Positions 29,056 to 38,818 of a stretch of 58,549 nt of DNA are shown here, piece after piece (position 1 is the first letter of the stretch; each line of letters opens with the position of its first letter). The translations under genes and the position numbers were made by a program. The notes beneath the pieces were generated by a model. The model did no database searches and was not told the origin of the DNA. It was given only the letters and a program-made list of their open reading frames with translations. The DNA comes from Candidatus Buchananbacteria bacterium (GTDB lineage: Bacteria; Patescibacteriota; Patescibacteriia; 2-01-FULL-39-33), in the NCBI GenBank assembly GCA_030650095.1, contig JAUSEE010000031.1, positions 1 to 58,549 of the forward strand, in the 5' to 3' direction.

Positions 29056-29653
29056 AAATTTGTTTGATTAATAATTTAGTAAATAAAAAAGCCACCAGTC
29101 GACTTTTAAACACTGACGGCTTGAGAAAGATTTAGCTATTAAACTAAATCAGAGATGGGGTATTTAATTATTAAATTAGGGCTTGGGGGAGCGGTTGATT
29201 AAGGAATCATCTATCAATATGGGAACTAGGACATAAAGGAATCATCTTCTTCTGCGACCAAATTTAAAGCTTGGGGGTGGTTTGGAAATAATTTCAAAAT
29301 AAAAATAATCTTGGTTAAAAAAATTCCACCAAATTTTTTAAACTTTTTTAACATCTAGTAAATTACTATTACTCTGCCAACCCTACTAAGTAGATATGAA
29401 AAAAAATAATTTCTTGTTAATAAACATATTTTATCCAATATACGCTTGTCTTGTTTAAATGATTAATAGTAAAAAATAATAAAAAATGTAACTTTACATC
29501 TAAATTTAGTGTTTTTTTGCGATGTGTCTTGACATTTAATTTCCCCACTAAGAATCATCATTAAAAGATGTTATTTCGACAAAAAAACAGAGCTTTTTTG
29601 TGATAAAAAATATCGTTTTCTTGTCTAAATTTATTATTTTTTCACAACGACAC

Positions 29654-29682
29654 TTGACAAAATGAAAATACTCGTCTATAAT
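29654..29682 (+). promoter_or_regulatory. consensus sigma70 promoter
   Basis: TTGACA-17 bp-TATAAT upstream of 29805 and the first integrase. Confidence 0.75.
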
Positions 29683-29804
29683 TATATTTAATAAGCATCA
29701 CAACTAAATAAAAAACAAAGACGCAGCCAAGGGCTGTGTTTTTTGTTGCTGTCTGACTAAATGTTGGCAAAAAAAGCTTATTAAAAGATTAACTTAGATT
29801 ATTT

Positions 29805-30302
29805 ATGGCAAAAAAATTAAAATTCACTCCACTTACTGCTATCAAAATGAAATGTCTGAACTGCCAGGGATTCAATAAGATGGGCGTCAGGAGGTGCGGA
29901 CATCAAAATTGTCCTAATTTTCCCTATAGATTAGGCAATAATCCTAACCGTAAGGGAATCGATAATGGAATAATGACCAAAAACAATCATGGACTGGAGA
30001 AATCCTTAATTGAGTCGATAAAAAACAGGCAAAACAAGGCTGATAACACACTCATACCAAGGCCACTCTCAACTATTAGACAAGAGTGTCTTGATTGTTG
30101 TTTGGATCAGCCAGGAGAAGTATCTTTTTGTCCAGCTCTAGAATGTCCTTTTTACTTATTTCGTTTTGGACGCAGACCGACAGACAAAGAAATAAGTCAG
30201 TTCCTTATTGATTGCCATGAGCCAGAGATATTGAATGAAGCATATATCGACCTAGCAACTCAAGTCAAGAAAATCCTTAATTCAGTCAAAGAAAATAAAT
30301 AA
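29805..30302 (+). CDS. protein with a duplicated 4-Cys domain
   Basis: AIKMKCLNC..VRRC...NCP.FPYRLG and TIRQECLDC..VSFC...ECP.YLFRFG. Confidence 0.75.
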   Translation: MAKKLKFTPLTAIKMKCLNCQGFNKMGVRRCGHQNCPNFPYRLGNNPNRKGIDNGIMTKNNHGLEKSLIESIKNRQNKADNTLIPRPLSTIRQECLDCCLDQPGEVSFCPALECPFYLFRFGRRPTDKEISQFLIDCHEPEILNEAYIDLATQVKKILNSVKENK

Positions 30303-30317
30303 ATAACAATAAAAATT

Positions 30318-31340
30318 ATGAACAACAAAAACATCAAAGAATTATTTGATGATTTTATTAAACAATGCCGCTACATCACAAAGTTATCTGAATCATCAAT
30401 TGACGGCTATAATTCAACTTTTGAGCTTCTGCTTAAAATCTATCCTGATTTGACAGTCGAAATGCTGACTCCAGCACTAATGACAGAATTCTTTGAAAAA
30501 TTAGAGAAGAGAGCCAGAATAGTTGGGCGAAACAAAACAGTTAAAGTCGGCATTAAAAGCTCAACTGTGGCCACCTATCGATCAAAGCTTAATAAGTTTT
30601 TCAATTGGCTGGTAAGCAATGGATATCTTAAAAGCGATCCCTTTGGGGGGATGGCGTACCCAGATGTCGATTACGACGACAAAAAATTCCTCCGTAAAGA
30701 GGAGTTGGAAAAGATTGTTGCTGCTATTTCCACCAGATCGAATAATCTTCTTGTTAGAAAACGCGATCTAGCCATGTTTTACACTCTGCTTTATTGCGGC
30801 TTAAGGCGCGGGGAATTAATCGGTCTTAAGGTATATGATATTAATCTCGAAAAAAGAGAAATGACTGTGGCAGCAGAAACATCTAAAAGTAAGAATTCTA
30901 GAATTATTCCAATCCACCTAGAGCTAGTAACACTGTTTAAAGATTATTTGGCAGAAAGAAAAAAACTTAGATATCAAACATCATCTCTGTTCGTTTCCAA
31001 TAACAGGGACGCTGGTATTACTTTTAACGGGCTTAAACATTTTGTTGATAACATAAAAAACGCGTCGGGGGTGAATTTTCATCTACACCAACTGCGACAC
31101 ACATTTGCGGTCAATCTATTAAACAATCACAGCGATATAGCAAAATTAAAACAACTAATGGGCCACAGAGATATCAGAATGACTGCCAGCTATCTGCGTT
31201 GCCTGCCCACCGAGTCTATGAGAGCTGATGTAGAATCACTGAGATTAGATAAGATGTGTTGGAGATATTTCAGATATGATTCAGAGGATGTTTGCCAATC
31301 TGCGACCGTAAATGTTCGGCAGAAGCGGCCAAATAAATAG
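30318..31340 (+). CDS. tyrosine recombinase (XerC/D-like)
   Basis: GLRRGEL, HQLRHTF, MGH, TASY: catalytic R-H-R-H-Y intact. Confidence 0.95.
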   Translation: MNNKNIKELFDDFIKQCRYITKLSESSIDGYNSTFELLLKIYPDLTVEMLTPALMTEFFEKLEKRARIVGRNKTVKVGIKSSTVATYRSKLNKFFNWLVSNGYLKSDPFGGMAYPDVDYDDKKFLRKEELEKIVAAISTRSNNLLVRKRDLAMFYTLLYCGLRRGELIGLKVYDINLEKREMTVAAETSKSKNSRIIPIHLELVTLFKDYLAERKKLRYQTSSLFVSNNRDAGITFNGLKHFVDNIKNASGVNFHLHQLRHTFAVNLLNNHSDIAKLKQLMGHRDIRMTASYLRCLPTESMRADVESLRLDKMCWRYFRYDSEDVCQSATVNVRQKRPNK

Positions 31341-32163
31341 TAGTGGTCTTAATATCGCTGTGACCCATCATTTTAGAAAGAGAAAATATGTCACTGCCTC
31401 CTTCCAACATCAGAGTGGCAAAAGTATGACGAAGTTTATGAACACCAAAATTCTTACCCATAGCTCTGGTGATATTCAGCATCAAGCGCTTTAAGCCGTC
31501 TTCGCTTAAATCCAAATTTTTATTTAGAGCAGTGAAAAAACCAGGACAAGATTTACCCAGATTTTGGCGTTCTGCCAAATAACGTTTTAAAATTTCAGCC
31601 AGTTTATCACAGATTGGAACCACTCTGTCTTTGCTACCCTTACCCATTCTGACAAAAATTGACCTGTTCAATAAATCAACATCAGCATATCTAAGATTCA
31701 ACAATTCTTTCTTTCTTAATCCAGCAAAGAGAAAAACAGACAACACAGCTTGATTTCTGTACTTTGAAAATTTATTTTGATAAGGATAATTATAGGCAAT
31801 TTCCAAGAGTCGCATAGCTTCTTGCTTAGTAAGCCTGGGTGGCAATTTTTTCTCCACCTTGGGCAATTCCATATCTTCTGCTGGGTTGATCTCAATATAT
31901 TTTTCTTTTTGGCACCAGCGAAAGAAAACCACTAATGATTTAAGAAAGGTAATGAAAGAATTGGCTGACCAATGCCTTACTGTGCGGCCATAGAGAAAAA
32001 ATTCCCTGATATTTTTCTCATTAGCTTCTTCAACATGACTAATGCCAGAAAACTTGACATAAATGCTAATGGAATAACGATAGCGTTTTATGGTGCAGGG
32101 GGAATAACCGCGAATAAAAGAAGAATGCTCACAGAATTGATCAGTTAAAGTTTTTATTTCCAT
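31270..32163 (-). CDS. tyrosine recombinase (XerC/D-like)
   Basis: GLRKKEL, GKGSKDR, HKLRHTFAT, MGH, TTIY: catalytic residues intact. Confidence 0.95.
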   Translation of the reverse strand: MEIKTLTDQFCEHSSFIRGYSPCTIKRYRYSISIYVKFSGISHVEEANEKNIREFFLYGRTVRHWSANSFITFLKSLVVFFRWCQKEKYIEINPAEDMELPKVEKKLPPRLTKQEAMRLLEIAYNYPYQNKFSKYRNQAVLSVFLFAGLRKKELLNLRYADVDLLNRSIFVRMGKGSKDRVVPICDKLAEILKRYLAERQNLGKSCPGFFTALNKNLDLSEDGLKRLMLNITRAMGKNFGVHKLRHTFATLMLEGGSDIFSLSKMMGHSDIKTTTIYLAASAEHLRSQIGKHPLNHI

Positions 32164-32206
32164 AAAAATAACACCTCCGAGATTTCAAAAGTGTTATTCT
32201 TGATTG

Positions 32207-32477
32207 AGCCGTTGTCCAGGATTGAACTGGAGACCTCATCCTTCGATTACACCTCTATTTCAAAATATATTAGAGGACTAGACTGTATATCAAGCATGGC
32301 CTTTCGGCTTTAGCTTCCCTTGTCAGTCGTTCGGGCGTGTCAGAGTGAGTGACGCCACGGTCTTAACCATTACTGGCCTTTGACCGTTATTGGGGATTCA
32401 ACAACCAGTTTCCTGATTGAAGGGCGAAGCCTTTTCGGCTCACCATGGATGCGCTCTACCAACTGAGCTACAACGGC
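32207..32477 (-). tRNA. tRNA-Thr(GGU), intron-containing (exons 32442-32477 and 32207-32243)
   Basis: Joined exons give a perfect 73-nt cloverleaf with anticodon arm CATCC-ATGGT^AA-GGATG. Confidence 0.92.
32244..32441 (-). ncRNA. group I intron, 198 nt, no ORF
   Basis: Exon ends in U and intron ends in G; P1 with U.G pair (GGU/GCC); P3 CCCUU/AAGGG; P7 GACUG/CAGUC; P9 CCUCUA/UAGAGG. Confidence 0.88.
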
Positions 32478-32594
32478 ATAATTTTTTAAATTGTCATGTG
32501 TCTATCAGACCTACTCCAGTAAAGAGTTGGTCTATGTTTTCTACTTTATAGCTAAATTTAGAATCAAAACAGGGTTATGCACAGTCCCATATCA

Positions 32595-32632
32595 TTACCA
32601 TGGATGCGCTCTACCAACTGAGCTACAACGGC
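32595..32632 (-). pseudogene. 5' half of intronless tRNA-Thr(GGU) = right att junction
   Basis: GCCGTTGTAGCTCAGTTGGTAGAGCGCATCCATGGTAA, with identity ending exactly after the anticodon loop. Confidence 0.9.
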
Positions 32633-32693
32633 GTAATTTAAAATAAAAACTAGGAAAAGTCTAGTTATTAGCTTTGTTATACTAACAAATTTT

Positions 32694-33548
32694 TTATAAA
32701 TTTTCAATAGCTTTCTGTAAATCGGCTAATTTAGCATTATCCGGATTAATCTTCTTTAAATTATTAAAAGCGTCCTTGGCTAAACCGCGATCTTTCATTT
32801 TTAGGCTCATGTCCAATAATTTATCCAGGTATTTAGGATTATTGGGATCAATGGAAGTGGCTTTTAAATAAGAATCCAGGGCCCTATTGTCTTTCTTCAT
32901 AGCCTCATAAACCTGCCCCAAATCTTCGTAATAAACGGCTATTTTAGAATCAATATCCAATTTAGACAAAGCCTCGGCCTCTAATTCTTCCATTTTATGG
33001 CCTCTGATAATTTTCTTGCCGCCATCGCCAACTAATTTTAGCTTTAATAAATATTTGTAAATCTCCTCGGCTTGATCATAGCTTTTGGTAGAAAAATAAA
33101 GATCACCCAGCATTTCATAGGCCTGGATATTTTTATTATCTTTGGCAATTATTTCAATTAATGATTTTTCGGCTTCGGCTGATTGATTTTCGTCAATGAA
33201 TTTATCCGATTCTTTAAAAAGTTCTTCGATTGTTTTTGGTTTTAAATTTTCATCTTTATTTGCTTCATATTTCTTTTCCAGTTCGACCACAATTTTCTGA
33301 ATCTGTTTTATTTTGCCCGATAGCAACCCGCTTCTAACAGAAGTAACTTTGCTGATTTTGGCTTTTAAATTATGGCTCAATCTTAAAAATTTGGCTTCCA
33401 ATATTTTATTTTTAATCAATCCCTGTTTCTCTTCTGTTAAAGATTCAATATTAAGATTCTTCAAATCCGGAATCTTCTTAAAAATCATATAACCCAAAAC
33501 AACTACGCCCAGAATTACTACTGCTAGTGAAATTATAAATATAATCAT
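32694..33548 (-). CDS. membrane-anchored TPR protein
   Basis: N-terminal TM helix; TPR motifs AYEMLGDLY and YYEDLGQVY. Confidence 0.85.
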   Translation of the reverse strand: MIIFIISLAVVILGVVVLGYMIFKKIPDLKNLNIESLTEEKQGLIKNKILEAKFLRLSHNLKAKISKVTSVRSGLLSGKIKQIQKIVVELEKKYEANKDENLKPKTIEELFKESDKFIDENQSAEAEKSLIEIIAKDNKNIQAYEMLGDLYFSTKSYDQAEEIYKYLLKLKLVGDGGKKIIRGHKMEELEAEALSKLDIDSKIAVYYEDLGQVYEAMKKDNRALDSYLKATSIDPNNPKYLDKLLDMSLKMKDRGLAKDAFNNLKKINPDNAKLADLQKAIENL

Positions 33549-34300
33549 AAAGATTTAACAATTTCTTTGAACTTATTAATTTCCAAGCTGGCCCCGCCCA
33601 CCAAGAAGCCATCCAACAATTTAAGCTGGGAAAAGCCGACAGCGCCATCAGAATCAACACTGCCACCGTACACCATCCTGACATTATTTTTAACAACTGT
33701 CAATGGATAGATATCAATCAAAACTTGCTGTATCAATTCAAAAACTCTGGCCACTTCTTCCGGCTCGGCTATATCGCCGGAACCAATAGCCCAAACAGGC
33801 TCGTAAGCAATTACAATATCTTCATTGTCAACAATATTTACGCCATCTAAACATTCCTTTAACTGATGGTACAAAACATTGTCAGTAAGGCCTTCATGCC
33901 TTTCGTCTTTGGTTTCGCCAATGCACAAAATAGGTGTTAAATTATTTTCTAAACAAATATTTACTTTTTTATTCACCATTAAATTCGTCTCGCCCAAATA
34001 TTTACGCCTTTCGCTGTGGCCGACTATAGTATACTGGCAACCGATTTCCTGTAAAACGGCTGGCGATGTTTCACCGGTATAAGCGCCGTTTTCTTCCCAA
34101 AAAACATTTTGAGCGCCCAGTTTAAGATTGGTATTTTTAATCAGGCCAGCCACAGATGAAAGAGCCACAGCCGAAGGGCAAACAATAATATCTTTATCTT
34201 TTATTTCACTTAAATCGTCTTTAACTTGAGAAGTTAAATCAAGCGTCTTTTGAAATGACAAATTCATTTTCCAATTAGCTATGATGATAGGTTTTTTCAT
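33545..34300 (-). CDS. tpiA: triosephosphate isomerase
   Basis: ANWKMN, GHSERR, AYEPVWAIG, LVGGASL; start at the ATGA overlap (34300) preferred. Confidence 0.97.
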   Translation of the reverse strand: MKKPIIIANWKMNLSFQKTLDLTSQVKDDLSEIKDKDIIVCPSAVALSSVAGLIKNTNLKLGAQNVFWEENGAYTGETSPAVLQEIGCQYTIVGHSERRKYLGETNLMVNKKVNICLENNLTPILCIGETKDERHEGLTDNVLYHQLKECLDGVNIVDNEDIVIAYEPVWAIGSGDIAEPEEVARVFELIQQVLIDIYPLTVVKNNVRMVYGGSVDSDGAVGFSQLKLLDGFLVGGASLEINKFKEIVKSL

Positions 34301-35241
34301 ATATTTGACCAATTAAAATTATTAAAAACCCAATAAGCCAAGCTTTTGGTATCGGTAAACCGGCTGTTAATAGTAGAACTGCCTAAAACAATCACTAGAA
34401 TCCGGCGATTACCGCTGTCACTAACTCGGCTGGCAAAATTATAGCCGGCTATTTCCAAATAACCTGTTTTGCCATTTTCTACTTTGTAACTTTGATCTCC
34501 CAAACCAAATTCCTGGTTTAATATTTTATCAGTACTTTTTATATTTCGAGTTAAGCCTCTATTTATTATAGTAATGGTGTAAGATTCAGTGCCGGTGACT
34601 TCTTTAATGCGGCTACTATCAAAAGCGGCTTTAGATAGAATAGCCAGATCCACGGCAGTAGATTTATTGTAATTGCTCAAACCCGTCACATCCGAAAAAG
34701 AGGTGCTGTTCATACGAAGCTCCTTAGCTTTTTCATTCATTTTACTGACAAATTCATCCAAACTTAAACCGGTTGATCTGGCCAAGGCCACTGTGGCTTC
34801 ATTGGAAGAAGAAATTAAAGAGGCATGAAAAAGATCAGAAACGCTAATCACTTCTCCATTGATCAGATACTGAATGCCGCCATCGCGGTAATCCAAATCA
34901 GATATTTTTACCGAACTATCCCAACCGGGGTTATAATCCAAAAATACCAAAGCGGTCATTAATTTGGTAAGGCTGGCAATGGAACGGACTTCCTGTGAAT
35001 TTTTATCATAAAGAATTTTATTGGTTTTATCATCAACCACCAAAACGCTTTGAGCCGAAACATTTACTCCTAAACTGTATTTAGAATCATCTTTTTGTGG
35101 AGCCTTTTTTTCTAAAGACCTCACTTCAGCCTGCTCGAGGCGGTATTCCGGCCGGATTAAACTATCCAGGGTCATTTGCCCGCCCGCCTGTGATTTTAAA
35201 AACAAACTGGTTAGTATTAAATTGACTAAGAGTTCAAACAT
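34297..35241 (-). CDS. D-alanyl-D-alanine carboxypeptidase/endopeptidase (S11)
   Basis: SLTK (SxxK), SSN (SxN), KTG motifs. Confidence 0.92.
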   Translation of the reverse strand: MFELLVNLILTSLFLKSQAGGQMTLDSLIRPEYRLEQAEVRSLEKKAPQKDDSKYSLGVNVSAQSVLVVDDKTNKILYDKNSQEVRSIASLTKLMTALVFLDYNPGWDSSVKISDLDYRDGGIQYLINGEVISVSDLFHASLISSSNEATVALARSTGLSLDEFVSKMNEKAKELRMNSTSFSDVTGLSNYNKSTAVDLAILSKAAFDSSRIKEVTGTESYTITIINRGLTRNIKSTDKILNQEFGLGDQSYKVENGKTGYLEIAGYNFASRVSDSGNRRILVIVLGSSTINSRFTDTKSLAYWVFNNFNWSNI

Positions 35242-35255
35242 GGAAATTAATATTA

Positions 35256-35849
35256 TTATTCGCTTATTTCTTGACTGTTTATTGTCTCGCCGGTATTTTT
35301 ATTGTCGTTTATGCCGGATAATAATTTATCCAGATTATTATTACGGTTCAATTTTTCAAAATCAGGCAAATCTTCTATCTTCTTTAGTCCTAAATATTTT
35401 AGAAAATCAAAAGTAATGCTATAAAAAACAGTCATCTTTTTGGCATCTTCTTTGGCCTCAATCAAGCCCCGAATCAGCAGATTGCGCAAGATAACACTGC
35501 AATTGACACCTCGGATTAATTCTAATTCCGCTTTGGATATAGGCGCGCGATAAGCGATAATGGTGAGTGTTTCAAGCGATGGCTTGGTTAGTTCGCCTGT
35601 CACCTCGCTTTTAATGAATTTTTTGACCGCTTCGCTGGAATCATTTGAAGTGGCTAGCTGATACTTATCATCTATTTTAATAATAACAATTCCGCCGTCT
35701 TTAGCCTGATATTCCTTTTCCAAATCAGCTAAAACATCAGTTACTTCTTTTAAGTTAGCCGAGATGGACTTAGATAGCTCCTTAATAGATAAAGGCTTAT
35801 GAGAAATGAAAAGCAAGCTTTCAATATTATTTTTCAATTTCTTATTCAT
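35256..35849 (-). CDS. scpB: SMC-Scp complex subunit ScpB
   Basis: LETLTIIAYRAPISKAELELIRGVN...FLKYLGL signature. Confidence 0.95.
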   Translation of the reverse strand: MNKKLKNNIESLLFISHKPLSIKELSKSISANLKEVTDVLADLEKEYQAKDGGIVIIKIDDKYQLATSNDSSEAVKKFIKSEVTGELTKPSLETLTIIAYRAPISKAELELIRGVNCSVILRNLLIRGLIEAKEDAKKMTVFYSITFDFLKYLGLKKIEDLPDFEKLNRNNNLDKLLSGINDNKNTGETINSQEISE

Positions 35850-35871
35850 TATTATATATGATTATTAATCT

Positions 35872-36570
35872 TTAGGCTTTTTCCACAAAAATATCATCAA
35901 ATACCCCGCCTTGGTTCACAGCCACCTCCCCTGATTTTATCAGCTCCAAGAGAGCCATAAAACTGATAACTATTTCGGTCCTATTTTTAGCATCAATTAA
36001 GACATCGCGAAAATTAATTTTTTTCAGTTTCAAAATTGCGTCCCTGATACTGGTGACTTTTTCTTTCAAGGTAACCGTTTGCTGCATTACTTTCTGCGGC
36101 AGATTAACCACATAATCTATACGCGCTAGTATCTCCGCATAAATGGCGCCCAGATCACCGGCAATTAGCGCTTGGGGCGGTGAAAATGCAGTTTCCACAC
36201 TAAAAGAAATCTTATCTCGGCTAAACAAAAAATTATTGCCGGCGATTATTTTTTCAATATTTTTGGAAGCATCCAAATAATCCTTGTACATTTTCAGCTG
36301 GGCTTCCAATTGCTCGGCACTATCCTCTTCGTCATCGGCTAATTGAGGTATTAAGGTCTTGGATTTTATGACTAAGAGTTTAGTGGCTACTACCAAAAAA
36401 TCAGCCAGTTCAGTGGCGCTGATTTCTGGATGATTATCTAAATAAGCCAAATACCCATCAGTGACTTCGGCTAAGGCAACTTGGGAAATATCCATTTCCC
36501 GGCTTTCTATAAGCTGCAGGAGCAAATCCAAGGGGCCCTGAAATTTTTCCAAAGCTATTTTATAATCCAT
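35872..36570 (-). CDS. scpA: segregation and condensation protein A
   Basis: FQGPLDLLLQLI...FMALLELIK signature. Confidence 0.95.
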   Translation of the reverse strand: MDYKIALEKFQGPLDLLLQLIESREMDISQVALAEVTDGYLAYLDNHPEISATELADFLVVATKLLVIKSKTLIPQLADDEEDSAEQLEAQLKMYKDYLDASKNIEKIIAGNNFLFSRDKISFSVETAFSPPQALIAGDLGAIYAEILARIDYVVNLPQKVMQQTVTLKEKVTSIRDAILKLKKINFRDVLIDAKNRTEIVISFMALLELIKSGEVAVNQGGVFDDIFVEKA

Positions 36571-37167
36571 TTATCTTTTTTTCTTTTTGGCCGCTGTTTT
36601 CTTTTTAGCCGGTTTTTTCTTAGGAAAAGATTTCTTCTTGGCTGCTGCCTTTTTCTTAACCTTGATCATTTTTCTTTTGGTATTTTTGGGTATCTTATAA
36701 CCGCCTTTCATGGCAATATCGGCCATTTTCGCTTCCTCCATTTGAATAAAATCCTTCACCTTGATAAAAACACTGTCGGTAACGCTGCCGGTGCTAAAGA
36801 CCGCTTTTTTGGTGCCAAGCATGGCCTTATCCACTAACATTTCTAATTTGTGCAGTTTGCCAAAAGAAGAAACTGCGCCCGGTTTTATCTTTAAAACTTT
36901 AATTATGACTTTTTCACTGGGAATAGACACCTTCTTGGCTTTCAAGGCCTTTTTTATCTTGTTTAAATCCAGCTTTTTGTCAGCCGGCACGACCACTAGA
37001 GCATAAGTGTTATCGGCTTTGATGATCAAATTCTTGGCGATTTCTTTTAATTCTTTTTTAAGTGTTTGAGCGGCATCATAGGCGGTATAAACAGTTTTAT
37101 GGGCTATTTCCTCATAATCAATATTCTGCTTATCCAAATAACTTTTTATTTTTTTGGGAATTGACAT
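36571..37167 (-). CDS. YbaK/EbsC-family aminoacyl-tRNA editing protein with Lys-rich tail
   Basis: H..VYTA, IAKNLII, PGAVSSFG motifs. Confidence 0.85.
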   Translation of the reverse strand: MSIPKKIKSYLDKQNIDYEEIAHKTVYTAYDAAQTLKKELKEIAKNLIIKADNTYALVVVPADKKLDLNKIKKALKAKKVSIPSEKVIIKVLKIKPGAVSSFGKLHKLEMLVDKAMLGTKKAVFSTGSVTDSVFIKVKDFIQMEEAKMADIAMKGGYKIPKNTKRKMIKVKKKAAAKKKSFPKKKPAKKKTAAKKKKR

Positions 37168-37199
37168 ATTAAATTATTTAATTAATAGTTATGGCAAAA

Positions 37200-38126
37200 T
37201 TACCTGATAATCGCAGCCCCCGGCTTTTGCAAGTCTAATAAATTAGTAACCTCCTGTTCAAAGCATTGTCGTCCGCTTTGATGATAATACCAATTCTCTC
37301 CGGTCACAAAGTTATTATTATCCGAAGTGTCAGCCGTCAGTTCAAAATCAGCGCATAATTCATATTTGGTTTCGCTGATCACCCGGTATTCATAGAGCTG
37401 TTTGGTTGTGGGATCAATCATATTAGAAAATTTAGGAGCTGATAAATCGCCGGGCAGAGATTTGGTGGAAACATAATCAGAAGCGATCATGTTTTTGATA
37501 TTGTCCAATTTATAAACCCTGTCCTGATCGCGTTTTTGTTTTCTGGTATTTTGAGGTGAATCAATCAAGAAAAATCCGCCCACCACCGAGGCGATGACAG
37601 CCACAACCACTACATAAAAAAATATCTTGGAAACCGAGCTTCTGGAGCCATAATCAGTGCGCTTGAGATCATACCAATAATAGCCGAAGATGCCGCTGGC
37701 AATTAACAATACGACTAAAATCTTTAAAATAGACGCCCAGGTATAACTGCCATCTAAAAATTGGAAAATTAATTGAATCAAACGGCCGATAATATTTAAG
37801 GCGGCAGCTAAAAGAACCAAATAAGTCAGCCAGCGATAAACGCCGCTTTGGTGGTTTAAAACATTATTCTTGTAATGCTTGTGCAAAAAGCCGATTACCA
37901 AGAGAAATATTGGTGCTACAATCAAAGCCGAAGCAATACCAAACTTCAAGCCTGACTGGGAAAAGGAATTATAGAGATAAAGTTCTTTCGGACTAAGAAA
38001 TTTATCGATGATCTGAAAAAGAATTATGCCGATAGAAATCGACATCCAGCTTAAAGTAATCAAGCTGAAAAGGTTGAGGAAAGCGTCCAGCGCCCCCTTG
38101 CCTTTATAATGATCTTGTTCTTCCAT
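37200..38126 (-). CDS. membrane protein (DUF5671-like) with pilin-like C-terminal domain
   Basis: 5 TM helices, then R..KRDQDR...DPTTKQLYEY...YELCADF. Confidence 0.75.
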   Translation of the reverse strand: MEEQDHYKGKGALDAFLNLFSLITLSWMSISIGIILFQIIDKFLSPKELYLYNSFSQSGLKFGIASALIVAPIFLLVIGFLHKHYKNNVLNHQSGVYRWLTYLVLLAAALNIIGRLIQLIFQFLDGSYTWASILKILVVLLIASGIFGYYWYDLKRTDYGSRSSVSKIFFYVVVVAVIASVVGGFFLIDSPQNTRKQKRDQDRVYKLDNIKNMIASDYVSTKSLPGDLSAPKFSNMIDPTTKQLYEYRVISETKYELCADFELTADTSDNNNFVTGENWYYHQSGRQCFEQEVTNLLDLQKPGAAIIR

Positions 38127-38150
38127 ACATTTAGGTGGTTAAATAATTAT

Positions 38151-38798
38151 TTATTTAATAGAATTATATATTTTTTCAAAAATTACAAATAAATCATCAT
38201 AACCGCCTCCTGACAGCTGACAAGATTTTTGAAACTCATCGTTTTCACCACTGCCAATAAATATTAATGCGATTGGATTTAGATCATTTAAAGGTGTGCC
38301 GAGCCAAAGCTTAACAGTTTTACTTTTATTTTCAGAAATAATTTGACGCTGACTAGTTTGAAAGTTCCAAGCCTCATATCCAATTTCTAAAATTGGACAT
38401 TTTAATTCCATTTTTACATCTTTGCCATCAAAAAATAATATGTACCCGCCATTAACAGCTGTTGTCCAATGATTAGGATATAAAAAACTATAACCATAAT
38501 GTTTATATTCCAACCAATTATCTGTTGAATCACCACTTTCCGGTAATTGATTGTTATTTTCATCTATTTTTGATAATAATTCTTCTTGAGTGCTCTTCAA
38601 CTGAGTTTGCAAATCAGTAATTTGATTCTGCAGTGACTTATAACTTTCACTATTGCTATCAATGATTGTTTTTTGCCAAAAATAAACGCCTCCACCAACC
38701 AAGACCGCGGTAACAACTACACTAATAATAACTGCCAGCCAAATATTAATTGATCCTTTTCCAATTACATTAAATTGCTGTGGATCTTGTTCTTCCAT
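38151..38798 (-). CDS. membrane-anchored surface protein, paralog 1
   Basis: TM + GGGVYFWQ + coiled coil + W..Y....YSFLYP motif. Confidence 0.8.
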   Translation of the reverse strand: MEEQDPQQFNVIGKGSINIWLAVIISVVVTAVLVGGGVYFWQKTIIDSNSESYKSLQNQITDLQTQLKSTQEELLSKIDENNNQLPESGDSTDNWLEYKHYGYSFLYPNHWTTAVNGGYILFFDGKDVKMELKCPILEIGYEAWNFQTSQRQIISENKSKTVKLWLGTPLNDLNPIALIFIGSGENDEFQKSCQLSGGGYDDLFVIFEKIYNSIK

Positions 38799-38818
38799 AA
38801 ATTTAGGTGGTTAAATAA

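Larger units (their letters stand above)
12684..32601. mobile_element. ~19.9-kb integrative element (tyrosine recombinases) in the tRNA-Thr(GGU) anticodon loop
   Basis: 7-bp direct repeat TTACCAT at 12684-12690 and 32595-32601 flanked by complementary tRNA halves; two integrases at one end; accessory AT-rich cargo. Confidence 0.85.

Noticed and set aside
12684-32601. Intact prophage or self-transmissible ICE
   Set aside because: No recognisable terminase, capsid, tail, relaxase or T4SS genes; only a weak MuF-like motif.
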